DNA of 64,000 nucleotides from Callorhinchus milii (taxonomy: Eukaryota), in the NCBI RefSeq assembly GCF_018977255.1, contig NW_024704742.1, forward strand, positions 87,856,001 to 87,920,000. The letters run 5' to 3'. The notes under the pieces were generated by a model, which had not been told where the DNA came from, ran no database searches, and saw only the letters and a program-made list of their open reading frames with translations. The position numbers were made by a program, and so were the translations under genes. Below are positions 25,504 through 37,200 of this stretch, one piece after another; position 1 is the stretch's first letter, and each line of letters opens with the position of its first letter.

Positions 25504-27845
25504 CTAGAAACAAAATAAGACCCATTTGACCAAAACCTGCAACTTTACAGGTGCTCCAAATTGCCAAGAATTTGCGGCTGTATAAGGAACATTGCTGTGC
25601 GCAAATTGGCTGCCGCATTTGCTTACAAAAATACACTGCAGTTTACATTATATTCTGTCGTAAAAATTGGTGTATCAGACATCAGGATTATTATTAATAA
25701 TTTCACAATTCAGCACAATCCTGGCCTCATCTAACCACATAACACAGAACACGCACCTTCCTGATCTTTGGATAGTGAAGCAGTGGGAATCTTGTCTGAT
25801 TATCTCTTCTAGTCATGGGTATAGAGGCACCCTCCAACTGTTGCCCCGGATAATGTAAATTGCCCAGTTTAATAATAATAATCCTTGCATTTGGTATAGC
25901 GCCTTATCATGTCATCAAGACGTCTTCACAGAATATACCGTAAAGTGAATTGACTCTATATTTTGTGGGCGAAACATGGCAGCCAATTGCGCACAGCATT
26001 GTCCCACAAACAGTCATGGATGAGTGACCAAATTGTTTGGCAATTTCTTTTTCTAAAATAAATTGTGCAAATAAAAATAGACCCACAACTGAGTGATCAA
26101 AGTTGTTTGTCAAAATCAGTAACCAGATTACAGACGGAAGGGCATGCTCAAATCTCACAATGCTTTACAAAGTGTTTATTTTGAAGCAATAGATAATAAA
26201 AAAACATTCATCACTTTAACACAACTAAATTACGATATCAACTGAGCGTGCATGATGGATAGGAAGACTAACAGCTTGGGATTTCTGTTCCATAAACAGA
26301 TCAGATCTGCAATCTTTCATTATACTTTTTCATTTCCTCTCACTTCTTCTATTTCTTCTCTACATTTTTCCAAATTACAATTCCTGTTTCTTTTGTGTAG
26401 CAGCAGATTAGTCCATATAAAGAACAAAAGTGGTTGCCATGTCAAATGATTCACAAAGTGATTGAGGTCTATAGTTCTTTTGTTAGGTAAGGGCATCAAG
26501 GCTATGGAGCAAAGGCGTATAAATGAAGTTGAGGTACAGATCAGCCATGATCTAATAGAATGGCAGAATGGGCTCGAGGGGCTGAATGTTCCTTAATGAA
26601 TCTGTAATTCTGTCATAATAATTGCTAATTAGAAGCTTTTTTTAAAAAAAATTCCCTGTGTTTTGTTGTTCTGTCCTCATTTTGGGTGTACAGCGGAGTC
26701 TCAGTACAACTTGGTAGCTGGCACTCTAAAATCTTGTTGGGGTTGTGAGAGCTGGCTTCACTATCCCATGTGTGTGAAACTATATAGACGGATACAAAAA
26801 CAACCCAACTACTCGACTTGGGAGACAACAGCTGTTTTTTTTAATGTGAATCACTGGATCAGCCTTGGGTTAGTCATGATTTTAACATCATGTCTAATTG
26901 GTAATACATTGCAGCACTGTTATATTGCATTTCTTTAATGAGCAAAATAATAATCCCTCAAAAAAACAATAATAAATTGGTCATTTCAACCCACGACTGT
27001 TTGTGGGACACTGCTGTGTGCAATTGCCTGCCGCATTTCGCCCACAAATATACAGTCAATTCACTTTATAGTCTATTCTGTGAAGCACTTTGAGATGTTT
27101 AGAAGACGTGGAAAGCGCTATATCAAACGCAAGGATTATTATTATTATTTTGTTATAATGCAATTGCACTGTAGACCCCATTCATTGTGCATATTTTCTA
27201 ACTCACTTCCAGGTCTTGCACTAAAACGTCTCAGCCTGGCCCAGTTGGCAGCATTCTCACCACCGAATCAAATGGGTTCAAGTCCCATACCAGGACTTTG
27301 AGCTCAAACTCTAGACAGGCACTGTACATTGTTGGGGGAGCGCTGTATGGTGCTGTGGTTCAGATGAAACATTAAACTTTGCCTGCCTGTTCAGATGAAC
27401 ACTGAAGATGCAACAGCACTGTGATAAATAGGATTATAGAAATTACACTTTAGGATGAGACCATTCGTACCATCGAACTTATATTGGTGCCAGCTCCGCA
27501 ACTGGAGAAAAACTCTAATCTCAATAATAATCTTTGCATTTGATATAGTGCTTTATTACATCATTGAGACATCTCAAAGCGCTTCACAGTAAAGTGGATT
27601 GACTGTGTATTTTCTGGACAATCAGTGTTTCGGACCCGAGCTGGGGGTTGGGATCGGGGAGGATGGAAGCCGGGGGGCGGCGGGGGGGAAGGGTGACCGA
27701 AGGCACAGTCAGAACTTGTTCGCATTTCGCTTTGTGTCTGGGACGCACAAATCTGGACAACAACCAGATTTTTCTTCTATGATCTAACGCCAAGTTTGTA
27801 TCTCAGAACAGAAACGTATTAAAAGTTGAACTATTTTGACAGTAC

Positions 27846-27978
27846 CTTCTTACACTTTCCCAGATCTGCTTTGATCGGATGACTAAATCAAAGTGGGTTT
27901 TCCGATCCTGTTGCTGCCTATTCTGCTTTAGTTCCTTCTTTTGCTTTTTAAATTCGCTCCATTTGGGTTTCTCCCCCT
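27846..27978 (-). CDS. PUM3: PUM3 exon 4: (K)GEKPKWSEFKKQKKELKQNRQQQDRKTHFDLVIRSKQIWESVR
   Basis: ctcttatag acceptor, GTACTG donor, 133 nt, phase 1->2. Confidence 0.94.
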
Positions 27979-29249
27979 CTATAAGAGAAAACAAAAGCAC
28001 TTTACAAAACATCACAAGACACTCGACTGGAGGTTGAAACTTCTCTTTTGAAAAGTTAAAAGGAAAAGGTATTGAAATACTACTTGAAAGCAACATTTGA
28101 TAAAAAGCAATGCATTCATCAATCTGCAATCTTCAATCCATCTATCAATCTATATACATTGCCATCCGCATATATCTATTAGTTTAACATAAATCGTCTG
28201 TTTCCATTGGTTGGGGAATTTATAACCAAGGGACATAAATATAAAATAAATTAGGGCAGTGGTAGCCAACCTTTTTGGTCGGCCAACCAAATATATTTTA
28301 CTTTATTGAATTTTTCTTCATTTATGGCCTAGCCGTGAGTATCGCGGCTTGGTAGCTACTGGAAACAAAGTGTGGATTCGGCACAGAGTTAAAAGAGAAT
28401 TTAGGATGAGCTAGACCTTCACATAAGGGAGAGGGGAATTGAACAGTATGGGAGGGAGTAATAATAATCCTTGCATTTGATATAGCGCTTTTCACTTCTT
28501 CGAGACGTCTCAAAGTGCTTCATAGAATATACTGTATATTTGTGAGCGAAACGCAGCAGCCAATTGCGCACAGCAGTGTCCCACAAACAGTCGTGTATTG
28601 AGTGACCAAAATTTATGTTTTTTCTTGAGGGATTATTATCAGACATGTAGAGTAAGGAAACTTGCCCAAAGTTTTGCACTGCTGAGAATCGAACCCAGGT
28701 CTCTCGCTTGTGAGGCGAATGCTCTAATCATTGAGCTACAGGACTCCAAGGAGTAAGGAGTGGATGTAGACATGTGGTGGAGTATAAACATCGGCACAGA
28801 TTAGTTGGGCTGTTTCTGTGCTGTACATTCTTTATAAATCTTTGGGAAAGGATCAGCAAGGTTTGAAATAATTAACGTGGGAGCAAATTTCAGCCAATAA
28901 CTTCAGGATATTTGTTGTATTGTTCTCCTGCAAAACAGTCAATATTTTACAATAAATCCTGCGAAGCTCTTTGTAAGATATACTCCTGATGTGAAAGGCA
29001 CCATCTCAAATACAAGAATAGTTTATTTGAACGAATAGATTTCTGGAATTCCATTAAAAAAAGCCAGAAAAAAATCTATTTCCACGCCATCTGATGCTTT
29101 GGCGAATGAACCCCCCCAAAATATAGATATACAATATTAATAATTATAAATAATAACATAAATACAATATAAACCATATAAGCATTTAGTAATTGTAAAT
29201 AAATAAGTTTAACAAGAGAGAAATACAATTCAGAATATTAACTACATAC

Positions 29250-29459
29250 TCTCTTCATTCCCTTCAGATTGCTTTCTCTTCTTCCCAAACGCACCCACAG
29301 TCTGTTGCTTTCTTTTCATCCCTGCTACATATGCTTTTCCATCAGGATTTTCATTCCGTTTTGAGACAAACTTTTTTGGCCCCTTTTCATACTTTTGAGA
29401 TCTGAACTTTGGCTTCCCTTTCCCAGCTTCACCTCTGAATTTTCTGGGAGCATCAAAAT
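29250..29459 (-). CDS. PUM3: PUM3 exon 3 (basic low-complexity N-terminus): (D)FDAPRKFRGEAGKGKPKFRSQ...KKRKQSEGNEE
   Basis: ttaatag acceptor, GTATGT donor, 210 nt, phase 1->1; Lys-rich like the PUM3 N-terminus. Confidence 0.9.
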
Positions 29460-29899
29460 CTATTAACAAAAAACTACATTTATTATCAAACATTTACTGT
29501 ACAGAATACAAACAATGTCAACTTTGAGAAATTGTTACATGACACAAAATGGTGCAAGACATTTAATTCCACAAAGGGATATGGAGAAAAAGTTGAGAAA
29601 GATGGAGCTGTCAGGATCTAACTGAATGATGGAGAAGCAGACATGATGGACTGGGTAGTCTAACCCTCTTCTTAAGAGTTTTGTTCTTCACTAAAACTGG
29701 TGAACAACTGCTGTGATTAACCTATTCTGCCAAATATAGCAAAATTCGCATAAGTCTGATATGTATAATTATGTAATTATATGTACAATTGCCTAAGTCG
29801 TACATCTGCCAAATCCTGTTCCAAGTTTATATTCTATGCAAGTTTGAAATATTTTTTATAAATCATTAAATGGATGATCCCAACTAACACAACTTATGA

Positions 29900-30295
29900 C
29901 AACAACAAATTACACTTGTACAGCTCCTTTCATGTCAGAAAGACGTGCCAGGGCGCTGCTCAATCAGGGGCTTTAGATCCGAGCTGGGAGTTGGGGTCAG
30001 ATGGGGAGGGGGACAGGGGGGTGGGAGGGTAGCCAAAGGCAGGTTCAAAGAGTAAGGTCTTCAGAGGGGACTTGAAGGAGGCAAGAGAGGGGGTGAGGCG
30101 GAGGGATTGCGGAATAAAGTTCCAGTGTGTGGGTGCGGAGATGCTGAATGCCCGACACCATCGATGGGGTGGGACGTGCGGGGGACCTGAGGCAGGCCAG
30201 TGTCCGCCTAGCGGAAGGAGCGGAGAGGCTGATATGGGGCTATGAGGTCAAAGGGGTAGTGGGGAACAAGACCATGGAGAACCTTGAAGGTAAAA
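29900..30295 (-). mobile_element. L2 LINE 3' fragment
   Basis: Same 3' end as the 14808 copy. Confidence 0.8.
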
Positions 30296-30400
30296 GATAA
30301 CAACAACTTGTATCTATATTGCGCCCTTCATGTGGGGTAGTGTCCCAAATCACTTATGTGACGTTTACTGTGTATGTTCCAACAATGCTGTAGTTTTTAC

Positions 30401-30488
30401 CAGACGTGGTGTGCACAGATCCTTTAAATTTGTTTTTTCCAGGGGAATTTGTGGCCTTTGCCTCAAACCTTTTCTTTCCAACCACCAT
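30401..30488 (-). CDS. PUM3: PUM3 exon 2 coding part: MVVGKKRFEAKATNSPGKNKFKGSVHTTS (exon starts at 30511)
   Basis: aaaATGG start context, ctttccag acceptor at 30513-30512, GTAAAA donor, phase 1 fits exon 3. Confidence 0.88.
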
Positions 30489-30545
30489 TTTCAGACGGTA
30501 CCTCAGACAACCTGGAAAGGCAACGCAAACACTTAACAGTATTTT

Positions 30546-30912
30546 ACACACACACTCTCTCTCTCTCTCTCTCTCACACACACTCTCTCTCTCACTGTCA
30601 CTCTCTCTCTCACTGTCACTCTCTCTCTCACTGTCACTCTCTCACTGTCACTCTCTCTCACTGTCACTCTCTCCCACACTCTCACTCTCTCTCACACTCA
30701 CTCTCTCTCTCTCTCTCTCACATTCTCTCACTCTCACACACTCTCTCTTTCACACTCACTCTCTCACTCACTCTCTCTCACACTGTCTCACTCACTCTCT
30801 CTCTCTCTCTCTAACACTCTCTCTCTCACACTCACTCTCTCTCACTTTCACACTCACTCTCTCTCTCACTCACTCTCTCACTCACTCACTCTCACTGTCT
30901 CTCTCTGTCTCT
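30546..30912. repeat. Compound (CT)n/(CA)n microsatellite filling PUM3 intron 1
   Basis: Direct reading. Confidence 0.95.
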
Positions 30913-30915
30913 CAC

Positions 30916-30990
30916 CTCAGTTGCTGTATCACCACGCGGCTCCTTCACGCTGTGCATCACCAGTTCACGCCGCACGTCTTGACGTCACTT
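30916..30990 (-). other. PUM3: PUM3 non-coding exon 1 (5' end approximate)
   Basis: GAG|GTGAGA donor at 30916/30915, immediately downstream of the CpG-rich promoter. Confidence 0.7.
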
Positions 30991-31230
30991 TAGGCCACGC
31001 GCTCTCATTGGTTAGAAAAGCAGCCGCCACCACCAACAACGGCCGTGGAGAGAAGTAGCCAATGAGAGCGGCGGACACTGCAGGGTGCAGCCGGGACGGC
31101 CGGAACCGGAAGTCTGTCACCAGACTGGAGCGGAAGCGTGTCCGTCAGTGCCGCGGGTCCGGCCCGGGCTCGTGTCCGGGCGGCACCGTCTGCCCGCGAT
31201 CAGGTTCCGGATCCGAAGCGGAAAGTTATA
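30960..31230. promoter_or_regulatory. CpG-rich TATA-less PUM3 promoter
   Basis: CRE TGACGTCA 30980-30987; CCAAT boxes at 31007-31011 (-) and 31059-31063 (+); ETS/GABP-type CCGGAACCGGAAGT ~31100-31113 and GCGGAAG ~31130; high CpG density. Confidence 0.85.
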
Positions 31231-31244
31231 GACTGTGTATTTTA

Positions 31245-31732
31245 TAGTAGTAATAATCCTTGCATTCGACATAGCGCCTCATCGCGTCTTCCAGACGTTT
31301 CCAAGCGCTTCACAGAATATAGCGTAAAGTGAACTGACTGTATATTTCGTGGGCGAAACGCGGCAGCCAATTTATTATTTTTCTCTTGCGGGATTATGAT
31401 TACGCGCGTGTGTGTGTGTGCGTATGTGTGTGTGTGCGTGCGTGTGTGCGCGTGTGTGTGCGTGTGCGCGCGTGTGTGCATGTGTATGCGTGTGTATGCA
31501 TGTGTGTGTGTGTATGCATGTGTGTGTGCGTGTGTTGCATGTGTGTGTGCGTGTGTATGCATGTGTGTGTGCGTGTGTATGCATGTGTGTGTGTATGCAT
31601 GTGTGTGTGTGTATGCATGTGTGTGTGCGTGTGGAGTGAGGAAACTTGTCCAAGGTTTGGCCCTAATGGGAATCGAACCCAGGTCTCTCGCTTGCGAGGC
31701 GAGTGCTCTAACCACTGAGCTACAGGGCTCCA
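31245..31732 (-). mobile_element. tRNA-derived SINE with an internal microsatellite, bordering the PUM3 promoter
   Basis: Head at 31632-31732, tail at 31245-31400. Confidence 0.85.
31405..31632. repeat. (TG)n/(CG)/(TATGCA) alternating purine-pyrimidine tract inside a SINE
   Basis: Direct reading. Confidence 0.95.
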
Positions 31733-32057
31733 CATCCCCATCTCCTCTCCTCGGAGTCCGAATGCATCGTTGTAAAGCGCTCCGGGGCGTTACCCTCTAC
31801 GAAGACAGTTATTTTGAATCCTTGCCTTATCGCGTCTTTAAACGTGTGGCCCTTTCCATAGGAACTCGCAGAAATGATACTAAACTGTTAATGAAGCCCT
31901 CATTAAAATGTATTATGTTTTTATATAAAAAATATAAATAAAATTTAAAAAATGAAATGTTAAATAAAGTAAAAAGTGAAATCTTCGGTCGGGTGGACGT
32001 TAAGGAGGAGGGGGTTTCTCTCTCCCCGTGTCCCAGCCAACAATCCTCCAAATAAAC

Positions 32058-32197
32058 AAAAACAGAAGTCGCTGGGAACACTCAGCAGGTCAGGCAGCAT
32101 CTATGGAGAAAGGAAAGTGAGTCAACGTTTCGGGTCCACGACCCTTCGTCAGAACCATTTAGATTTCCGGCATCTGCAGTATTTTGCGTTTTGTTTA
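32058..32197. mobile_element. Penelope-like non-autonomous element with a hammerhead-like core
   Basis: CAGCAGGTCAGGCAGCATCT...AACGTTTCGGGTC...GACCCTTCGTCAGAAC; related copies at 40266-40455 and 46245-46345. Confidence 0.6.
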
Positions 32198-33477
32198 TAT
32201 TCAATCCTCCCAAATAAAATTGGTCAGTCAATTCATGGGGGTTTGTGAGACATTGCTGTGCGCAAACTGGCTGGGGCTGTCGCGTTTCACTCACAAACAA
32301 GAGCTTGCAAGGAAAACGCACAAAAGAAAATGAAGGCAACACGACCAAGAAATTTTGAACAAAAATGTGCTCCGCCACTGGGTGGCAATACACTCACTGA
32401 CTGAACAATCAGTTCCTGGAAACCAATAGCTGTCGTCACCCGCAGAGGCAGACGAGCGCAAGTCAGAGGAGGCTGAGGGGCTGACGCTGCACAGGGACTA
32501 AATTGAATTGTGTCCATCAGTCTAGTAATAATCTGTACCGTACCCCGGTTCCACTCCCAGTCCGTGGTGTGAATACTGATCTCAGATGGAACATCAATGG
32601 GGGTGATGGGGGCGGGATGCAAATTGTCTTCTGCGCTCTTTACCGTACATTTTATACAGTGGCTTACGTGTCGGGAGGATATCTCAAAATGTTTTATGGG
32701 CACACAAGCCTGGGGGTTCGGGGGTGGAATGGGGGGAGGCAAATCAGCAGAAGGTTCACACTGGTTGTTGTTCCTTGCTGCAGGTTCATGTGTTGTTGTC
32801 TGGAGTGAAGTAATAGAAGTCATTCATGAAACAGTAACCTGGAACGAGTCAGTAGATGACAGAAGAGGAAATTGGAGGAGAGAATAAAAAATTAACCTTG
32901 CGGAATAGCGCAAGCTCAGCGAAGGGAAATACTGCATTTAGCAAGAGGCACTCTGTCAAATGATCCTATTATATTTACCAATATCTAGTTGCATTCTCTT
33001 TTTTTTAAGTCTATACACAAAGCTGCAGTTGGTGAGGGGCTCTGTCGGCATGAGCTGACAATTACATTCCTTCTCATAGTCCCTTCACTATGGGGCCAGT
33101 CACTGGAGTGTGTGTGTGGAAATGCCAATGTTAAGGAATAAATAATAATCATTTGGAGTCCTGTAGCATATTGGTTAGAGCACTCGCCTCATAGGCGAGA
33201 GGACCTAGGTTCGATTCCCAGGGAGGGCAAAACTTTAGGCAAGTTTCCTTACTCCACCCGCCTCTATTTACCTTGCAGTAAGTAAGAATTTGGTTGTTAG
33301 TCAATTGGTGGATCGTTTTTACAGGGATAATAATCCCTTCAAGTCCTCTAAAAAAATGTTGTCACTCAATCCACAACTGTTTGTGGGACATTGCTGTGTG
33401 CAATTGGCTGCCGTATTTCACCCACAAAAATATACGGTCAATTCAATTACAGTATATTCTGTGAAGTGCTTTGAGAC

Positions 33478-34270
33478 AACAACAACAAAATTACATTCAT
33501 AGATCGCCTTTCACGTTGGGAGGATGTCCCAAACCACTGAACAGTCAGGAATCAGGGCCTGAGAATTGTGGGAGGGGTGGGGTAGGGGTGAGGGAAGGCA
33601 GAGAGGTGGGAGGAAGACCAAAGGCACAATCGAAGAGGAGGGTCTTGAGACAAGTCTTGAAGGAGGCAAGGGAGAAAATGGGGCAAGGGGACTGTGGGAT
33701 GGAGTTCCAGAGTGTGGGGGCAGAGAGGCTGAAAGCCCGGCCACCGATGGCAGGGTGGGTCGGGCAGGAGACATGGAGCAAACCGGAGCCCACTGAACGG
33801 AGGGACCGGGTAGGTTGGTAGGGAATCAGCAGGTCAGAGGGGGCATGGCCATAGATGGCCTTGAAAATGAGGATCTTAAACTCGATCCTCTGGGTGATGG
33901 GGAGCCAGTGGGTCAGGCGAGGGTGGGAGTGATGGGGTCATGGAGCCTGGTGCGTGAGAGTACATGAGCTGCAGAGGTTTGGATGATCTGCAGCTTGTGA
34001 AGAGAAGAGTTGGGAAGGCCGATGAGGAGGGAATTTCCATAATCGAACCTTGATGTGACAAATGCGTGGGTGAGGGTTTCGGTAGCCTGAGGGGTGAGGC
34101 AGTGGCGGAGTCTGGCGATATTGCAGAGGTGATGGTAGGCAGTGCCGGTCATGGCGTGGATGTGGGGGAGACAGGACAGTTCAGGGTCAAACAAGACACC
34201 CAGGTTCCTGACTGGCTTAGTGAGGAGTGACTGGCGTGCAGCCGTGGAGGCTGATGCTGCCAGCGCCCGA
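33478..34270 (-). mobile_element. L2 LINE 3' fragment
   Basis: ORF 33913..34344 VRNLGVLFDPELS...HAFVTSRFDYGNSLL; ORF 33545 GGRAFSLSAPTLWNSIP. Confidence 0.9.
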
Positions 34271-37200
34271 GACGTCTCAATGACGTGATAAGGCGCTAAA
34301 ACAAATGCAAGGATTATTATTGCATCATATACAGTGCTTTTCATTTTAGGAGGTCATCTTAAAGAACTTCGCAGATTTTACTGTAAAGTGCAGATGAATA
34401 TGGCAACCAATTTGTGCACAGCAAAGTCCCACAAACAGCCAGAAAGTGAATAACCTGTTTTCTTTAAAAACTTTATTTAACAATACCAAGCCTTTTTGGT
34501 CAGATATCATTATTATTAAAGTCAGGTTGCACATCAATGTGACAAAGAAATTCACTCGTAATCCATAAGACATAATATCATAATAATACATAAAATACAT
34601 AGCAATTGGTCATTCACTTCATGGCTGTTTGTGGAACATTGCTATGCACAAATTGGCAGCTGCGTTCACCCGAAAATACATAGTCAGCCACTACACTTTA
34701 CAGTATATCCTGCGAAGGGCTTTGGGACAATTGCAATCTAATTGCTAGCACATGGGTTTGATTCAATTAAACTTACAGGAACCTTTGAATATCCAGTATT
34801 TAATGAAGATGTGCATTCTCGATGTATGTGTTTAACACACACACACACAATAAATAATCCTTGCATTTGGTACAGTGCCTTTCACAATGGGAATAAGTCC
34901 CAAAGTGCATAACAGGATTTACTGTGAAGTGTAGAGACTCTATTTTCTAGGTGAATGCAGCAGCCAATTTGCGTACAGGAATGTCCCACAAACAGCCACA
35001 AAAATTCCATGAAGTGAATGGCCAATTATATCTGGGGGTTGTTGGCCAGGACACCAGGAGAAACCCCCTTCTCTTTTTGAATAGTGCCATAGGATCTTTA
35101 AATATCCACCTGAACAGGCAGACAGGACCACAATTTTAACGTCTCATCTAAGGGACAGCATCTCCGACAATGCAGACCTCCCACAACTCTACACTGGAAT
35201 GTCAGCCTAGACTAATAAGCTCAAAGTCTCCAACTCCGGGACTTGAACCCACAACATCACCTGGAGGGAAGAACTAAAATGTAAAATATCTTTGTTTTGT
35301 GGAAAAAAAAGTGAATGTTTCAGATAAAGCTACATGTAGATTCATCATAAAACAGAGCATTCCAGCTTTTGATTGCCTATTTTGAAGAATAAGGAAACTG
35401 TAAACAATGTCAATAAGCTAATCTATACTTTTATGGTTGTTGCTGATCATTGTTGACATAACATTGCATTGCTCCAGGCATTCTGCTAAACAACAGGAAC
35501 ATTATCAATGTTCCTGACTGAACAATGCACTTATTACCTCCTTTATACCAGGCTTCAAGCTGCACTCTTAACGTTGCAAAGTGAAATCCCTGCCTTTACC
35601 TTGAAAAATCTGTCTAGTGTTCTCTATTTTGTTCTGCACATCATAATAAATGATAATAATATTAGCATTCAATACAGTTCCTATCATGCTGAAACATCTC
35701 AGATTGCTTTACATTGTAGTGATTATGTCATCGTAGGCAAATGCGGCAGACAATTTGCATGTGGCAATGTCCCACAAGCAGACATTTGCCAGGAGAGGTG
35801 CTGGCCAGGAAAATGCATGGGACACGTCACTTGCAGAGAATCAAATCTCCACCCAGTCATAGCCTGGAAAGACCACTTTCCCTTATAATAATAATCCTTG
35901 CATTTGAAATACTGCCTTATCACATCGTTGAGAGGTCTCAAAGAACTTCACAGAATATATTGTAAAGTGAATTAACTGTGTATTTTGTGGGCAAAACGCA
36001 GCAGCCAATTGCACAGAGGTGTCCCACAAACAGTCATGGTTTGAGTACCAAATGTTTTTTTGAAGGGATTGTTACCTCCGGAAAGCGATCCGCCAATCGA
36101 CAAACAACCAGGTTCAAGATCCTCATCCTCACCTACAAGGCCATTCATGCCCTTGCTCCCTCCTACCTCTCTGACCTACTATCCCCCTACTTACCTGCCC
36201 TTAGGACTTCCTCCCGACGTGAAAGGCGCTCAATAAATGGAATCTTGTTGTTGCCCGTACTCTCCATTCCTCTGGCTCCATTTCTGCTCCATTCCTGCTC
36301 CACATCCCCCGCCCATCCACCCAGCATCGGTGGCAGGGCTTTCAACCTCTCAGCCCCTAGTCTCTGGAACTCCATCCCCCAGTGCCTTCGCCTTGATTCC
36401 TCCCTTTCCTCCTTCCCGACGTGAAAGGTGCTCTATAATTGCAATCTTGTTGTTGTTGTTGTTCCTACTTCCTGCTAGGTAAACAGGTGTGCGGAGTAAG
36501 GAGGGAATCGAGCGGGACAAAACTTTATAAAATTTGATGGTAGAAAATTCTTAAAATTTAGTCCCAATTTGAAAGCCGGTTCCTTTTTTTAGAAGCTTGG
36601 GGGATGGTGGGGCAGCTTCCATATTAAGGCTGAAATTTACCGCAATGGTTGCAAAGCTCTACTAAAAATACCGGCCAGGAATTTTTGGTCTGTGTAAAAA
36701 AAATGTTTTCAGGTGAAACAAGCTCACATTAAATTAAATCTCTGCTTTGAAAACCACACGTTTATTAGGATCTTGAAGTGGCCTTAGGCCTGGATGACAG
36801 CATGCTGAGATCAGCCATCCCTTTTCTCCCCCACCACCCCCCACCCGGAACCACAGATACATCAATTTACAACAACAAAGTTCATGACACGTTCATTTCA
36901 TCTCTTCCCAGAGGCATATTTACTGGAGGAATACGTCACATTTTGGTATTGGATGTGCCCCACAAGAAAAATGTCATCGACGCTAACTGTGTGTACAAAC
37001 AGAACCCTCTCCTGACGATTGGTGCTAAACTTGGATTTTGTGTATCTACAAAAAAGCTGTCCCCCTCCCCCTTTTTTCTGCTGTTTTCGAATTCAGTCTC
37101 TCCTCCGTGCTGAATCCTTGTAGAATTTTCTTTTGCCTATTTTCTCTCTCCTCTCTCGAATGTGCTTGTTGTGCTAGGATAATCTTACACTGACAGCATA

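Larger units (their letters stand above)
5433..30990 (-). other. PUM3: PUM3 gene span (pumilio RNA-binding family member 3 / KIAA0020 / Puf-A); 18 exons, 644-aa product
   Basis: 17 coding exons join in frame with GT-AG splice sites and consistent phases (1935 nt incl. stop). The translation matches vertebrate PUM3 motifs (AFAHDSTRVIQC, LAHTHDGARVAMHCLWHGT, HLVLLAAFDCIDDTKLVK, AEHPAGHLVLKWLIEQD). TSS approximate. Confidence 0.97.

Noticed and set aside
30406..31941. Long ORFs rich in SL, HT or CV
   Set aside because: Translations of dinucleotide microsatellites.
33913..34344. RT-like ORFs (also 57952..58539, 14836..15402, 63317..63529)
   Set aside because: Frameshifted, 5'-truncated L2/CR1 remnants; not host genes or autonomous elements.
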